Shown piece after piece: positions 26,561 through 39,656 of a DNA stretch of 64,000 bases. Below the pieces are notes generated by a model, which saw only the letters and a program-made list of their open reading frames with translations, made no database searches and was not told where the DNA came from. The position numbers and the translations under genes are program-made. This DNA is from Podarcis bocagei (taxonomy: Eukaryota). How positions within the stretch are numbered: position 1 is the first letter of the stretch; each line of letters begins with the position of its first letter. Where the stretch lies: NCBI GenBank assembly GCA_964188305.1, contig OZ076896.1. One strand, 5' to 3'.

Positions 26561-26699
26561 TATATTTGCATCTTGCTTTTTTATCCAGCAACTTGTACAT
26601 TTCCCTCCCCTCCCCAATATTTTATATTTGCAACAGCCCTGTGAAACAGGCTAGGCTAGGCTAAGTAAATATATGTACATATGCAGCCGTTCTTGCCAC

Positions 26700-26937
26700 T
26701 GGATTGTGAGACAGGGAGGGGGAGTGTAGGGGCCCTAATCCACATACAGCAGACCAGGTCCAGGAAATCCTGTTGGCATCCCTGGATTATTGCCAGTTGC
26801 TGGGAATCAGGAGCAGGAAGAGTGCTTTTGCACTCAGATCCTGCTTACAGGCTTCCTACAGGAATCTAGTTGGCAGCTGTCAGAGCAGGGTGGGCCTTTT
26901 GTCTGATCCAGAATGGCTCTTCTTAGGCTCTTATGTT
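26700..26937 (+). mobile_element. CR1-tail-bearing element (CR1 3'UTR or Squam3-like SINE)
   Basis: Ends GGGCCTTTTGTCTGATCCAGAATGGCTCTTCTTAGGCTCTTATG. Confidence 0.55.
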
Positions 26938-28818
26938 TTTATTAAATGTGAGCTACACTTATACTGCATATGACATTACACAGTGATAGAAACACATTTA
27001 TATAAATTAATCAATTACATTTCAGAATAAGCCTTCTCAGCTTTCTCCTGCTCCCCTCCCCCACCAAGACATCTGTCAAGCAAGCATGCCTTCAAACGTT
27101 AAGAAAGAATCCACTGAAAATAGCAAGCAGCAGAACTAAGCTGAACACGATTAAAAAAATAAACACGAAAATGCAAAAGGGAGTTGGGAGGGAAACTTTG
27201 TATTGGCAGGGGGGTGGGGTGGGGGTAATCAAACATACAAAATATGCTAATTAACCAAATAATAAAGAAAAAGCAAGAGATAATATTTATATAAAAATAC
27301 CTATCAGCTGCATTAAAGTCATTTTTCAAGCTTAATTGCTGGGGGAGGGGATAGTGGGTCAAACATAGAAAATATATTGTGTGTGTGTGCATTTCTGTGT
27401 TGAGGGAGACCCACATACCCCTTTTATAAGTTTTTGGTTAACGGATTTTGAGAAACACAGTTTGACAAAGACCATCTTACCAGCTTAAAGAAGGGAGGAG
27501 GGGAGTCACAGCAGACTAAGAATCTGCTACTAAAGACACAGAAAAAGGTATTCATACATACCCATGCACAGTCGACACCTAAAAATTAAGGCTGGTAGCA
27601 AGAAACAAGAAATAATTTTCCAGCCCAGTTAATCACACAAATCATGTTCTTATATCTTGGGATGTGTGATCAGGGAGATCTAGTACAGGTAACATAAGGA
27701 ATCTTAATTCTCTTAGTGTTTTCCAAGCCAGGCTGGCTGTCTAGCAACTATCTACAACTATATTCAAATTATTGAATTCCATTATTTAGCCATCTAGAAA
27801 TTTCATTTTCAGCAAAATGTAACCATCTTTATAAAGTGCTGTTTTACTGAACCCAGCATCTCACCCCTCTTCCTTTTTACAGCTAACCAGGATGCAGTAT
27901 GTCTGACAGGCATGAAGCCAACACAATTAGTTTCAATCTTCTGCTAAAAGTTTGCAAACTTTTATTTGAAATTAATCATGGTTAGTGCCATAATTTATTT
28001 AAAGCCCTTATATTCAAAGCAGCTGAAGAAAACATCCTACAACAACGCTGCCATACCAAAAAACCTGTACAGATCTAATAGAAATCTACAACAAAGAAGA
28101 TCAAAAACTACCAAACAATAATCAATAATGGGTATAACATCACTAAAATAAAAGCTAAGGGAACAGTCAATTTAAAACAGCCAAGTCTGCGAAATCAGTC
28201 CAGTATTGGACAGATGTCTAAAAGTATTGGAGCCTGAAATGTGAGGGGAAGTGGTGAATGGGAGTGAAAGGAGGAAATTTGGACATGAGATAAGAAGAAA
28301 AGAGAAATGAACACATGTAGTACTCCAGATCTTCTAATCATAGCTTAGAGACTGGGACGGGCTGTATTTCAGCGGTAGAGCATATGCTTTCATGCAAAAA
28401 CCAAAACCAAACTCATATCGGCTCCCTGATATTGCCAGATAAGGTGGGAATTGTGTCTGTTGGAAACCTTGCAGAACAATTATCAGGTAATGTAGACAAG
28501 GAGTGGGGAACTGGATACAACCTGCCAGCCAGATCCTGGGTTTCTTCCTGGCAGGCCATTATAACAGATGGGCAGAGCCCTACCCACCTGCCAATCACCT
28601 GATATCAAGTGACCAATTTTTCCTTTGTATTGCACTATAAAAGTAAATCCAAGCCAAGTGAGGCTTGACTTTACTGTCAGTCAGCTGACAGGCAGTGATT
28701 TCAAGCCTGCTTTCTGCAGAGAACAGCTGCTCACTGGGAACTCTGTTGCACAGTCAATCCAGCAGGCTTGGAGTCACTGCCTATCAGCTCATCACCTGGT
28801 CCACTTTGGGAAGGAGTA

Positions 28819-29167
28819 AAGGTAAAAGGACCCCTGACCGTTAAGTCCAGTCGCGGAGGACTCTGGGGTTGCACACTCATCTCGCTCTACAGGCTGAGGG
28901 AGCCGGCAGACAGCTTCTGGGTCATGTGGCCAGCATGACTAAGCCATTTCTGGCGAACCAGAGCAGTGCACAGAAATGCCGTTTACCTTCCCGCCATAGC
29001 GGTACCTATTTATCTACTTGCACTTTGACGTGCTTTTGAACTGCTAGATTGGCAGGAGCAGGGACCGAGCAACGGGAGCTCACCCCGTTGCGGGGATTCG
29101 AACCACCAACCTTCTGATCAGCAAGTCCTAGGCTCTGTGGTTTAGACCACAGCTTCACCCGCGTCCC
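28819..29167 (-). mobile_element. Sauria SINE, full length (copy 1)
   Basis: Minus strand starts GGGACGCGGGTG, B box GGTTCGAATCC, (ACCTTT)n tail; flanked by TGGGAAGGAGTA. Confidence 0.92.
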
Positions 29168-29183
29168 GACTTGGGAAGGAGTA

Positions 29184-29532
29184 AAGGTAAAGGGACCCCT
29201 GACCATTAGGTCCAATCGTGACCGACTTGGGGTTGTGGGGCTCATCTTGCTTTATTGGCCGAGGGAGCTGGCGTACAGCTTCCGGGTCATGTGGCCAGCA
29301 TGACTAAGCCGCTTCTGGCGAACCAGAGCAGTGCACGGAAACGCCGTTTACCTTCCCGCCATAGCAGCACCTATTTATCTACTTGCATTTTGATGTGCTT
29401 TCGAACTGCTAGGTTGGCAGGAGCAGGGACCGAGCAACGGGAGCTCACTCCGTTGCGGGGATTCGAACCACCGACCTTCTGATCGGCAAGTCCTAGGCTC
29501 TGTGGTTTAACCCACAGCGCCACCCGCGTCCC
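29184..29532 (-). mobile_element. Sauria SINE, full length (copy 2, tandem)
   Basis: Same structure as copy 1; flanked by TGGGAAGGAGTA on both sides. Confidence 0.92.
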
Positions 29533-30236
29533 TGGGAAGGAGTAGGCTGTCCCAAAGAGGTGCCAACAAGTGCACTTTAGGAGTCCCAATTGGGCACTGG
29601 CACTTGTGTGTCTACCTGCCCTGCAACTGAATGCAACTTCCTGTACATATTTTGGCAGGACCTCACTACAAAAGCTATAAAACTTCAGACATAAAATACA
29701 ATAGCTAGCAAAGGGTTCCAAACTCTCACAATAATTAAAAAGACCATAGGTGATAGAGATTAAAAATGCTGTACATATCTGTACCTGAACTCTGAGCATT
29801 TTCTCTCTCAGAGGCCGAATGGGTTCATTAAAAAATGAAGATAAAAACACCAACAGCACAATTTATTTGATCTCATGGCCAGTCTAGGATTGGTGAGCAG
29901 TGGCTACTTTGAGTTTCTCTCTTATGACTGATGCCATGTAGCTTTAAAGCAAGATTAAACTGTAATGTATCTCTTACTGATCTGTTTCAGTGATGGATCA
30001 TATGAGCTACCTTGAATACGTCACACTCAAAGATGAAACGCAGGATACGAGTTCTTTAAACAAGGAAACTGCTGTCTTGACTAAAAGCAACACAAAATTG
30101 CTCAGCCCCAGGTGAGTAACCACAAAGAGTTATTGGTTATTTATACAGAAGGTGCTCCTTGTTCAGTCAGGTCGACTTATTTGTTTCAAACATGCATGTA
30201 CAGTACATAAATAAAGGGCAGAAAATAAATACTAAC

Positions 30237-30320
30237 CTCTGCTTCAGCAGCTTGGGACTGCAAGAGTTGTCTTATTCGTAAAATATCCTTTTCAATTTGT
30301 TGAATTCTAGCAACTCTCAC
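30237..30320 (-). CDS. APC: APC coding exon 6 (84 nt)
   Basis: ttttccaag|GTGAGA...GCAGAG|gttagt; VRVARIQQIEKDILRIRQLLQSQAAEAE. Confidence 0.97.
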
Positions 30321-30880
30321 CTTGGAAAAATGAAGTTCAGATACAGGTTTATATCTGTTTATATCTTGTTGCCTACCCATCCACAGCAATCAAACTTTTA
30401 AAAAGCCTCCGTTACTATCAAAAGGTGCCTGTTTGTAAAGGATCTATGCTAGACAGAAAAGGGTTAATTCTCCCCTTCCCGTGAAGGCTGATCCCCCACC
30501 TTTATGAAGCAATTAGGTTTCTTAAAAGCTCCCACTAGTACCAAATGGGAGTGTTTCAAAAGCCTCCATGGGGAAGCAGGCCTAAGGAGGGAAGAGAAAA
30601 TAAAGTGTGTGCATTGCAAGTGAAAATGTATGGATGCATGTTCAAGGATGAAGGAGAAAGTGCACCCCCCCGCTTTTGGTTCTGCACCCCTCCACGGCAT
30701 GCAGCCCCCCCCCAAAGGTTCCCCATGAGTGAACATAGGTTCTTTACCCCTGCTACAGAAAGAAATATTATTTGGTGAGGCAGTCAGAAATTTATGCACT
30801 ATAGTTTTATGAAAGCTAACTAAGTTTACTGTTGGCACAGACACTCTTTCAAATTTTGTAAAACCTTGTTATATAATTAC

Positions 30881-30994
30881 CTGTGCTCTCTTCTCCATGT
30901 CTTGGCAAGTGCCTAGCTGTTCTTCCATAGCAGCCCTGATCTGCCTTGCTTCATACTCCAATTGTCTTCTAGTCATATCTGTCTGCAAGGAGAA
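30881..30994 (-). CDS. APC: APC coding exon 5 (114 nt)
   Basis: ttctag|TTCTCC...GCACAG|gtaatt; FSLQTDMTRRQLEYEARQIRAAMEEQLGTCQDMEKRAQ. Confidence 0.98.
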
Positions 30995-32039
30995 CTAGAA
31001 CCAAAACACATTCAGTTATGCTGCTGATAAACCATTCATATAATAACAATTAATTTAAAAATGAAGATCCTATGTCTATAATTTAGAACACCACCTCATT
31101 AATGTCTCTTGCCCAATATGACAAAGACTGCAACATTGGCAGAATGAGGCCATTCAAAAAAGAAAATCTATAAAGATGTAAAAGGCAATTAAAATATTTG
31201 CATGCATTTTCCTGACTTCTTAACTCCCTTCCCTAATGTAGTAAGATACCATCCCAATATCTGCAAGCTTGAAGGTCCCATTATTCCTCTACTTTCCTTT
31301 TTGAAACTTCTTGGGATGTTGGAAGGACAGATACTGAAGAATACTAGTCAGGTAAGGAATTCTCTTCCCAGTCACACAGTTTCTTTTTAGCCTCACCTGT
31401 CTTTAGGTTGTGGAATGTGGGAAGTATAAGAAACTATACAGTCCATAGAGCCCCATCCTTTGATTGTTTTAATACTGAATACTTGAGATATATTTAGTTA
31501 CAAATTTAAACGAAAAACAAGGATGCCTTGAGACCTTGCACCCAAATTCAGTCTTTCACATTTTCACATTTTAGCTCCTGCCATGAAGGCTAGCAACTTT
31601 TTAAAAGGCAGATCTCAATAAATCAAGTACCATGTCACAATTCTAGGATATAGATGAAGCATACAGATTTAGAGAAAACACGTAACTCTGAACCCCTATA
31701 CTGGTGACTGCTCATCCACATACAACTGGCTAATCTCCCAACAAAGCATAACTAAGTCTATAATGCACACTAATTATTTTTGCAGTTTGGCATCAAGTTC
31801 CATTGTAAATCATTCTGAGAAGCAATTTTATTAATGCTAACATGAAGACTGCCAAATAAGCTAATGATACACTGCATAAGGCTGGAAAAAAGTTCTAGAC
31901 TAGACTCCTACGTGGAAGACAAGGGGGAAGAGGGACCAGATAGCTTGATATTTCCCCCTTCTATGCTGATATTAGTCTAAAAGCAAATGGAAGCTGGTAT
32001 TGGTATGGTTGTATAAGTTCTCACTTTTACCCCATTCTC

Positions 32040-32482
32040 TGTAAGTATGTGTGGCCTTTTGCACAGGAGTTAATTGTTAAAACACCAATGTTGCACAAGC
32101 AAAATGCTCCAATATTTGACCACAGTGGAGAAATTCTAATATGGACATGGATGGAAGAAATTACTATTATCCAATACAGAGGAATGGTGATGGGAACTAA
32201 TGGATGTAAAGCTAATTATTATTAATAATAAAGAAATATGGTTTAACAAAGTGGAGAAGATAGTCTGAGTGCCTTAAATAGACCTTTTCTAAGGTAACCG
32301 GCAGACAAAGAATCAGAAGTTTTCCCCATCTTTATCCTTGGTGTTTCTTATTTCTGTGTTCTTTTCTTCCTTCCTCCCCCCCATTTCTCTCTTTCTTGTC
32401 TTTTCAATTCTATCTGTTCCAGACATTATTTTATTGTATTGTGAAAACTTTAAGAAAAATCGATTACAAAAAATAATAATAA
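32040..32482 (+). mobile_element. Possible decayed L1 3' end
   Basis: WKK...P..EEW-like remnant, T-rich UTR and A-rich end. Confidence 0.3.
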
Positions 32483-32877
32483 TGGAGCTCACAAAAGTGA
32501 TATTTCCCCACCCCACTTTACAGCCTCCTGTGCTCTCTGAAAAGCATTCCCCAGAGAGTCAATCAAAAATCATGGGTGTGCTGCTGCAGCTGGAGGGGTG
32601 AATTGCCTAAAAACGGGCAGAATAATTTTGCACCTGTGGAGTGCAAAGATGCTTCCATTTGAATTGGGGCAATTCTGTCTTCTCACTGCAGCCCCATATG
32701 TCACAGCCCACAATGTCCGGTGGGACCCCACCCCACCTCTGCAAAAGATTTCTCAGGAGCTGCAGGGGAGACTGTGGTAAGGATTCATTGTGTGAGCTGC
32801 TTCCACTTTTGCAGTGTTGGGAACTGAATTTATATTGATTGTATTGGGCTGAATATGTCACTACAATTACCACTTAC

Positions 32878-32986
32878 GTTTTCAGTAAGAGGAAGACTAT
32901 CTATCCTCTTCGTCAGATTCTGAAGCTGAGCATAATACCAGTCTTTTTCTTTTCCCTCCTTTTCAAGCTCAGCTAGCAAGAGAGAC
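32878..32986 (-). CDS. APC: APC coding exon 4 (109 nt)
   Basis: ttatag|GTCTCTC...GAAAAC|gtaagt; SLLLAELEKEGKEKDWYYAQLQNLTKRIDSLPLTEN. Confidence 0.98.
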
Positions 32987-34294
32987 CTATAAATGAAGAA
33001 GCAAAGTCATTAAATTCTGCCAGAAGTTGTCCAATTGCTGAAAAGGTAACAGGTGTAGAAAATGTGCCTCTTCAACATCAAGTTGAAAGAAATGCGACTT
33101 CTGTGTGTACAATGGTGAAATGGGTTGGAGAACATTGTCATTTTATGTAGGACATACGATAGCCGGGAGTGCCATAGCTTTTAGTCATAAATCATCTCTG
33201 CTGTATTGTATCTAACAAGAAATGAAATGCTCAGGGTTTGACACAAATCTTCTGAGTCAAACTGCCTCCTGCTGAGCCAGTTCAACTAAGGTACACATTT
33301 TAAATGGAATAACCAGATAAAGTTAATTGACAATTTTTTTTAAAGGACTGCAACTGGGGGGAAAAAGACCGTACTCAAATTTGTGGAAGAAAAAAATTAA
33401 GAGGAAAAAACAACACAAATTGCTTTCCATTATGATTCCATGACTTCTGACTTCCTTTACACTTGTGCAAATATCTATCTAGAAGGCATTTCCTTTTTTT
33501 TTTTCTTAACACAAACCAAAAAGAAACTCAGAATAACACTAGCATAAAGCCTTGACACAGTTGGAACACATTCCATGAAATGCCTTGAAGAAGAGGAACG
33601 GCTTAACCTGGCACAAAAAATAAAACAATTTTGGAGTCAGACAAGCATAATTTAGATGAGCATTCCATTGACAGGGGGCCACAACCGAGGAGGCCTTTGC
33701 CCCTTGATGCCACTCTCAGAGCCTGTCAGAGGACGCAGCTGGGCAAGGGCCTTGAGTTGTACCTTGTATTATATATTGTAGTATCTAATTATAAATCATC
33801 ATAGAAATAGCTATTAATGCAACAAGATCAACAGCAATGAATAACTTCAGTTGCCAAATATCTATGCTTCAACTGTTCAAGAAAGACAAAATCAAGTTTA
33901 TAATTTAGAATCAATGTGGCATATGAGATAGTGTTAGCTTTGCATGAAATGAACCTAGATTAAAATCCTCACAGCGACTGGCTGACCCTAGCAAGCTATT
34001 ATTACCCTAACCTCTTTCACAGGGTTGTGCGAATAAAATGGAAATACTGTACTCCATCCGTGCTCAAAATCTTTGGTGGAGGGGCAGAATATAAAATGTT
34101 ACAAACGTTATAATTATTATATAGGTTGTTTCTTGAAATGATGTTTGTTCTTTTTTTACACACTACATTATACTGTAAAGCCACACAGACACTGATACTA
34201 AGTATTTTGTCTACTCCTATAACCCATAGCCAACAAAGTATAAATACAGAATACAGAATATGCCATAATTCCTAGCTTGCATCCAAAGATTCCT

Positions 34295-35165
34295 TTTTTT
34301 AAATTTCTTTTTATTGAATTTCACTTAAATAACCAAAAGGAAAAACAAATAAACAATTTCAAAAGAAATATCCATACATAACACAAAAAACCATCAGTTT
34401 CCATTACAATTATTTGTCTTCTTCCTTAAATCTTTTTATCTTTAAATCTTTCCTCTACATACCTATTGACCTTCCCTCCCGATTTCGGACTTCTTAATAA
34501 AACTTCTTTCTTTTTTCTGCAGCTTTAATTGTTAATGGTTTGCGCATCGTAAGATTTATATCAAACCTGCTGTAGTTTTTAAGTTTCTATAGCTTCCTTC
34601 AATGTATACCATAAATTTATTCCAGTCACTAATAAACTTTGTATTTTTTTGGTTTCTAATTTTTTGCGTCATTTTTGCTAGTTCAACATATTCAAATAAT
34701 TTTGTTTGCCAATCTCTGATAGTTGGGGTGTTTGGGTTTTTCCAATTTTGTGCTATTAATATTCTAGCCGCTACTGTTGCATATTGGAATAGTGTCTTAT
34801 CTTCTTTTTTAATTTCATCCCCAATTATTCCTAGTAAGGAGGCTTCTGGTCTTTTAGGGAAGATGTATTTAAATATTTTTTTTAACTCATTATAGATAAG
34901 TTCCCAGAACTTCTTCATTTCTTCGCAGGTCCACCACATTTGGTAGAAATTGCCTTCTTTGATTTTACACTTCCAGCAAGCCTTATTTCCTGTTTTGTAC
35001 ATTTTCCCTAGTTTTGCCGGTGTGATGTACCACCTATACATCATTTTTTCCAAATTTTCTCTAAGCGTGACGCATGCCGTGAATTTCATTCCACTGCTCC
35101 ATAATTTCAACCACTTATCATACTCTATATTGTATCCCAAGTCCATTGCCCATTTTGTCATTTTG
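34295..35165 (-). mobile_element. 5'-truncated L1-clade LINE (ORF2 C-terminus, 3'UTR, A tail)
   Basis: Open frame KWAMDLG...RWYITP..L..MY...CWKC...GNFYQMWWTC...FW (zf-RVT region); 13-bp TSD TCCAAAGATTCCT at 34282-34294 and 35166-35178; AATAAA at 34310-34315. Confidence 0.9.
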
Positions 35166-35903
35166 TCCAAAGATTCCTGTGCGTGAGTAGAAGGTACTTT
35201 CATGGTTAAACAATGTCTGGTTCCCCTTGTCCTCTCTCTCTGCTGACGCCTGCATATCCGAAAAGCCACCCTTGAGGAATGGAGGGCCATCCATAATGCT
35301 ATATGATAATGTGTGAGAACGTGTGACTATGAGAGAGATTTCAGTCATGCATGCTCACCCCTGGATCCAAGCCCTTGATAACCGCAATTAAGAATGAAAC
35401 ATGTCATTAACAAGTAAAACATATGCATATTCTGAAATTCTCTCGTATAAGTTAACGAAATGTATGTATTAATATCCTATGGTCTACGGGGAGCAACTCT
35501 GAGTCTAGATTTCCAGCTAAACAGATTATTGGAAGGAAGAGGCGAGTGCCTACATAAGTCACCTCTCCAGGAATACCGATTAAGGAGAGAAAGATGGAGC
35601 TGCTGTGCTTTCAGAATATCCTTCTCATCAAGCACATGGGTTGGCATGGGTAGCTTTCGTTCAATAGAGAGATCTATGAGCAGAGCAGCAGATTGTGTTC
35701 TGCAAAGCACTAGTGAAGATTTTGTTTCAAGATGCATTCCCAGACTTGTAGAAATGGAATTATGATTTCTTAAGAATTATCAGAATACCAGGCAAGACAC
35801 AGGACTTGAAATATTTTGTCTTGTCCCCTACCCAAAGAAGAGAGGGGGACTTTTAAAATTGAAGTATTTTTCATAAAACACATAATATGATAAAAAACAT
35901 TAC

Positions 35904-36105
35904 CTCTCTTTCTCCAGTTCTTCTAAATAACCAGTGCTCTCCCTGCTTCCATTCATAAAACCTCTTCGAGGAAATGATCCCATGGGAACAGGGCTGCACT
36001 CTCCTGATCGACTAGAAACTGACCCTTCCCGGCTTCCGTACGAACGCATGGATATCTTTGGCCTTAACTTCACTCCAGGGAAGTTATTGCTGTCCAAGTT
36101 CAATT
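35904..36105 (-). CDS. APC: APC coding exon 3 (202 nt)
   Basis: attcag|AATTG...GAGAG|gtaatg; LNLDSNNFPGVKLRPKISMRSYGSREGSVSSRSGECSPVPMGSFPRR...LEKER. Confidence 0.98.
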
Positions 36106-36638
36106 CTGAATGGAAATAAAAAGTGCCGGATATCTAACATATGTAAAAGCCATTTACATCTTCATTTTTCAAATGACCTTTTCTCCTCTTAATAGATGGA
36201 ACAGGTAACAAATGTCCTAATAAATCCTAAAGTCAAAATGTTATAGTCAGAATTGGCAGAGATTATTATTAATCAATGAACAGGATAATCAAATGGTAGT
36301 CTATGAGTTAGATTCCCCCTCTACCCAAAACAACTTCATCAGAAGCCTTGCAGCCCTATGAAATTTTAATCAAGGTGTAACTTTATCCTTATAACAAACT
36401 ATTTTTTAAAAATTAAAGTTGCAAGAGAAAGGAGATATTGCAATGCCGTTGGCATGCCTGCTTCATAACTGTAAAGCCCATATTGTTAGGTAACACCCCC
36501 TTTAGGTATGAATGTTTAACAAGTTTATGTGGCAAAAAATACTTAAAGACCCATATGGTAATCTCTGATCGAATATGAACAATTATTTACACTGACAACT
36601 TTCGTTTGGCAAAACTGGCTGTGTTTTTCCAAGTTTAC

Positions 36639-36723
36639 CTTTAAGACGTTCCAGTAAATCAATCTGTCCAGATGAAGCCATTGCCTCATCTTCAATACTT
36701 CCTTGCAGCTGTTTCAGCACCTC
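36639..36723 (-). CDS. APC: APC coding exon 2 (85 nt)
   Basis: ttctag|GAGGTG...AAAG|gtaaac; EVLKQLQGSIEDEAMASSGQIDLLERLK. Confidence 0.98.
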
Positions 36724-39656
36724 CTAGAAAATAAGAAGCAGTACACCACAGTGAGATACCGAAAGTTACTATTCTGCAACATCTCCTACTCCCAACAGCA
36801 ATGTTTTTTCTAAACTAAACTTTTCTCCCTCACCCTTGGACAAAACTGGTTAGTTGCTTTTGCTGAAACTTTTAGTAAACAGTTTTACAATTAGGGATTC
36901 AAAAAAGTACTTGAAATTTCAGTACTACTCACGCGGATTATAAACAGAAGAGATTCACCCCAAAACTGACTGTAATTTTATTTTATTTGAAAAAATATAT
37001 AAACCAGTAAACATTAGCAATACATCAGTGTACAATAAAAATGTAATACATAATACAGATAAAAAAAAAGTTTTCAAAAAGAAATCTGATACTCCATGAG
37101 AGTCAACTTTTAATTGAGGAAAGCATGTAGAAAAGGGGAGCTTTTAGTATTTAGTGAAATTTTGTAAGGTCAGAGCCTGTCTAACTTCAAAGGGCAGCAT
37201 ATTCCACAAGGCAGATGCGCCATTACACACAGGGATGGATCTACTATGAAACTAATGAAACTTAAGCTCCTAATTCTGGAAGGGCCCCAGTAGCAACATA
37301 GTCCACATTGCTTTAAAAAATGGCTCTAGTAGACCCAATTTGAACTGGACAACTCTCAACTAATTATTATTATTTTTTGTATATAGTTCAACAATCCCAA
37401 AGTTTGAGAGTTAGTAGCACAGATGTTCCAAAAGCATAGTGATCTGTTGTGGAACCACCCTACTGAAGAAGATAACCATGATTACTCAGACCTTGTTCCT
37501 GGCTGCGAAGGCGCCCCCACAACAGTTCAAGCTTCAGAAAAGCCCCCAAAATGTAGGTCCACAACTGACTACACTGAAGGAACTAGTCTTTGATTCTATA
37601 GTGTTCAAATTTTACAATTGTATCTCACAGGACCTCGCCCACCCAGCTACTGCCTCCCAGCACTCACTCAAAGTTGGGCGCTGACACAGAGATATTAAGG
37701 TTCAATGTATGCAGCCAATGTATTATAAACTGGTTTGTGAACCTGATTCCTTGTTCTATGGAAATTCTCAAAAATTGATTTTCCCCTCCATCTATCTCTG
37801 TCTGAAAGTTCCTCTAACTTAACACCAAATCATCTGCCATCATTTGCAGCAAGTGTATTTCTGATTAATTACTTAAACCCAGATTCATAGCTTCATTTTT
37901 TGTTGTGGTTAAGCTTGCCATTTGCACAAACAAGGTTTCACATTTCTCTCAAATAGGGCAAGAGCCACTACCCAGTTAGACAAGAACACTTTTCTGATTT
38001 TATCTATGTGGGTATTGATCGTCCTCCATATTAGCCGTCCCTTTCGTGCCTTTTTGAGAGTGGTTGCTTCCTTTCGCCATTTTTATATTGGAAGCCTCCT
38101 CAGAGTCCTCAGTAAAACCACCTTCAATTTCCACCCCAAGATCTAATTTTACAAGCTTACTTTTGGGTACATTAATGAGTCAGATGTTGTGTAGCTTTAA
38201 TCATATGCTTGCATATAACAACCACTCAAAGCAATTAAAGTCCTGCGGCAGGGAGAAACATTAAATTATGTCACCAGTCAGCGCCTCAGCAAGGGCTGCT
38301 CCTTCCAAATTGGTCACCTCTTAAGATATGGTAGCCAATTTTTGCATGATGGTTCCCGAGATCAAGGAAAATGTTTTTCCCCATCTATGTTTGGATACAA
38401 TTTGATGCCATTTTGAATCAAGATGGCAGACTGAACCTTTCAAAACTTCACAGATTTTTGGATTTCTTAGAAATCCTGAGCAGTCAGGTACAAGGCTATT
38501 TGTGTGCCTGAATACACAAACAGTACAATTTGCAATATCTATATTAAAAGTGAATGGGTAATAAAATAGTATTAAGAACAAAAGAACATAACAAACAGAA
38601 GACGAGCGTATGATGGATTAAGAGAGTCCATTAGGCTTTCAGGACCTTAATGCTCAATGGCCTATATTCAGGTAGACTGCTGGATAAGATGTTTGAAAGA
38701 TTTTCTATTTATAATAGAAGCTCTACCAATAAGTAAAACAAATTGAAAAGCATGGCTACAGGGCAAAAAGTTTACAGGATTCAAAACTTATTTGACCTAG
38801 CTTTCTGCTTTCAGAAGAATGAGTAGATACAATGAATCCATGAACAAATAATTAAAGAAATACCCCTCAGCTATTTCCTTCATGGAGGATCACCCATCTA
38901 TGGAATGGTTCTGTTTAGAATTAGAAATGAAGTTCTTAAACAAAGCAAAAAAAAACCTGTCTTATCCACAATGGTTATTCCTGTTTTGTATGGTTATTTT
39001 TCAGAAAGTGCCCAACTGATGTATCTGAATGCTTTCACAGTGCAATATATAAAGCAGAAATGTGGTATATTTTCTGCTTTTGAAAGGAAAGCAGAAAACT
39101 AATTCATGCATACTAGAATCCAAAATATTGTTTTGGGAATTATATTAAAAGTTCTAAAAGCATAATCATTATTCTTGCACACAAAGAAAAAGTACACTGG
39201 CCTTTTATAGACACACAAAAAGATGGATGGGAAGAAATCATTAAGCATGAAAAACTAAGGGGAAACGTAGGTGCAATGAATGTAAATTGTTAAGTAACCA
39301 AAACATGTCTCCTAAAGCATAAGACTTAACTTCCAATTTCCCAGCTCTGTGAAGCTTGAGCCAAAACATGATAGCCTTAAAATACGGGTCTTAGATAAAT
39401 AAATAAAATTATTTGACTATAGATATCAAGCAACCATATTCAGGAAGTATCCTATGCAATTCCTCTACAATGCATTGTTCTCCAGCAGAAGATGAGCATT
39501 GACTTGAACTTTTGTAAAAAATAGTGCAGTACAGATATTTTCATGATAAATAAATTGTATTCTAGAAGGGAGGAGACAATAATATCAATGCACAAGGTGA
39601 CTTATATAGGATATATTTGTGAGACAATTCAAATTTTTACTAAATGATCTTTATAC

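Noticed and set aside
29060-29167. tRNA-like A/B boxes (also 29425-29532, 42330-42409, 59241-59310)
   Set aside because: SINE heads continuous with SINE bodies, not tRNA genes
34556-35290. 244-aa ORF as a nested host gene
   Set aside because: It is L1 ORF2 C-terminus; the first ~40 codons lie outside the TSD and are chance open frame
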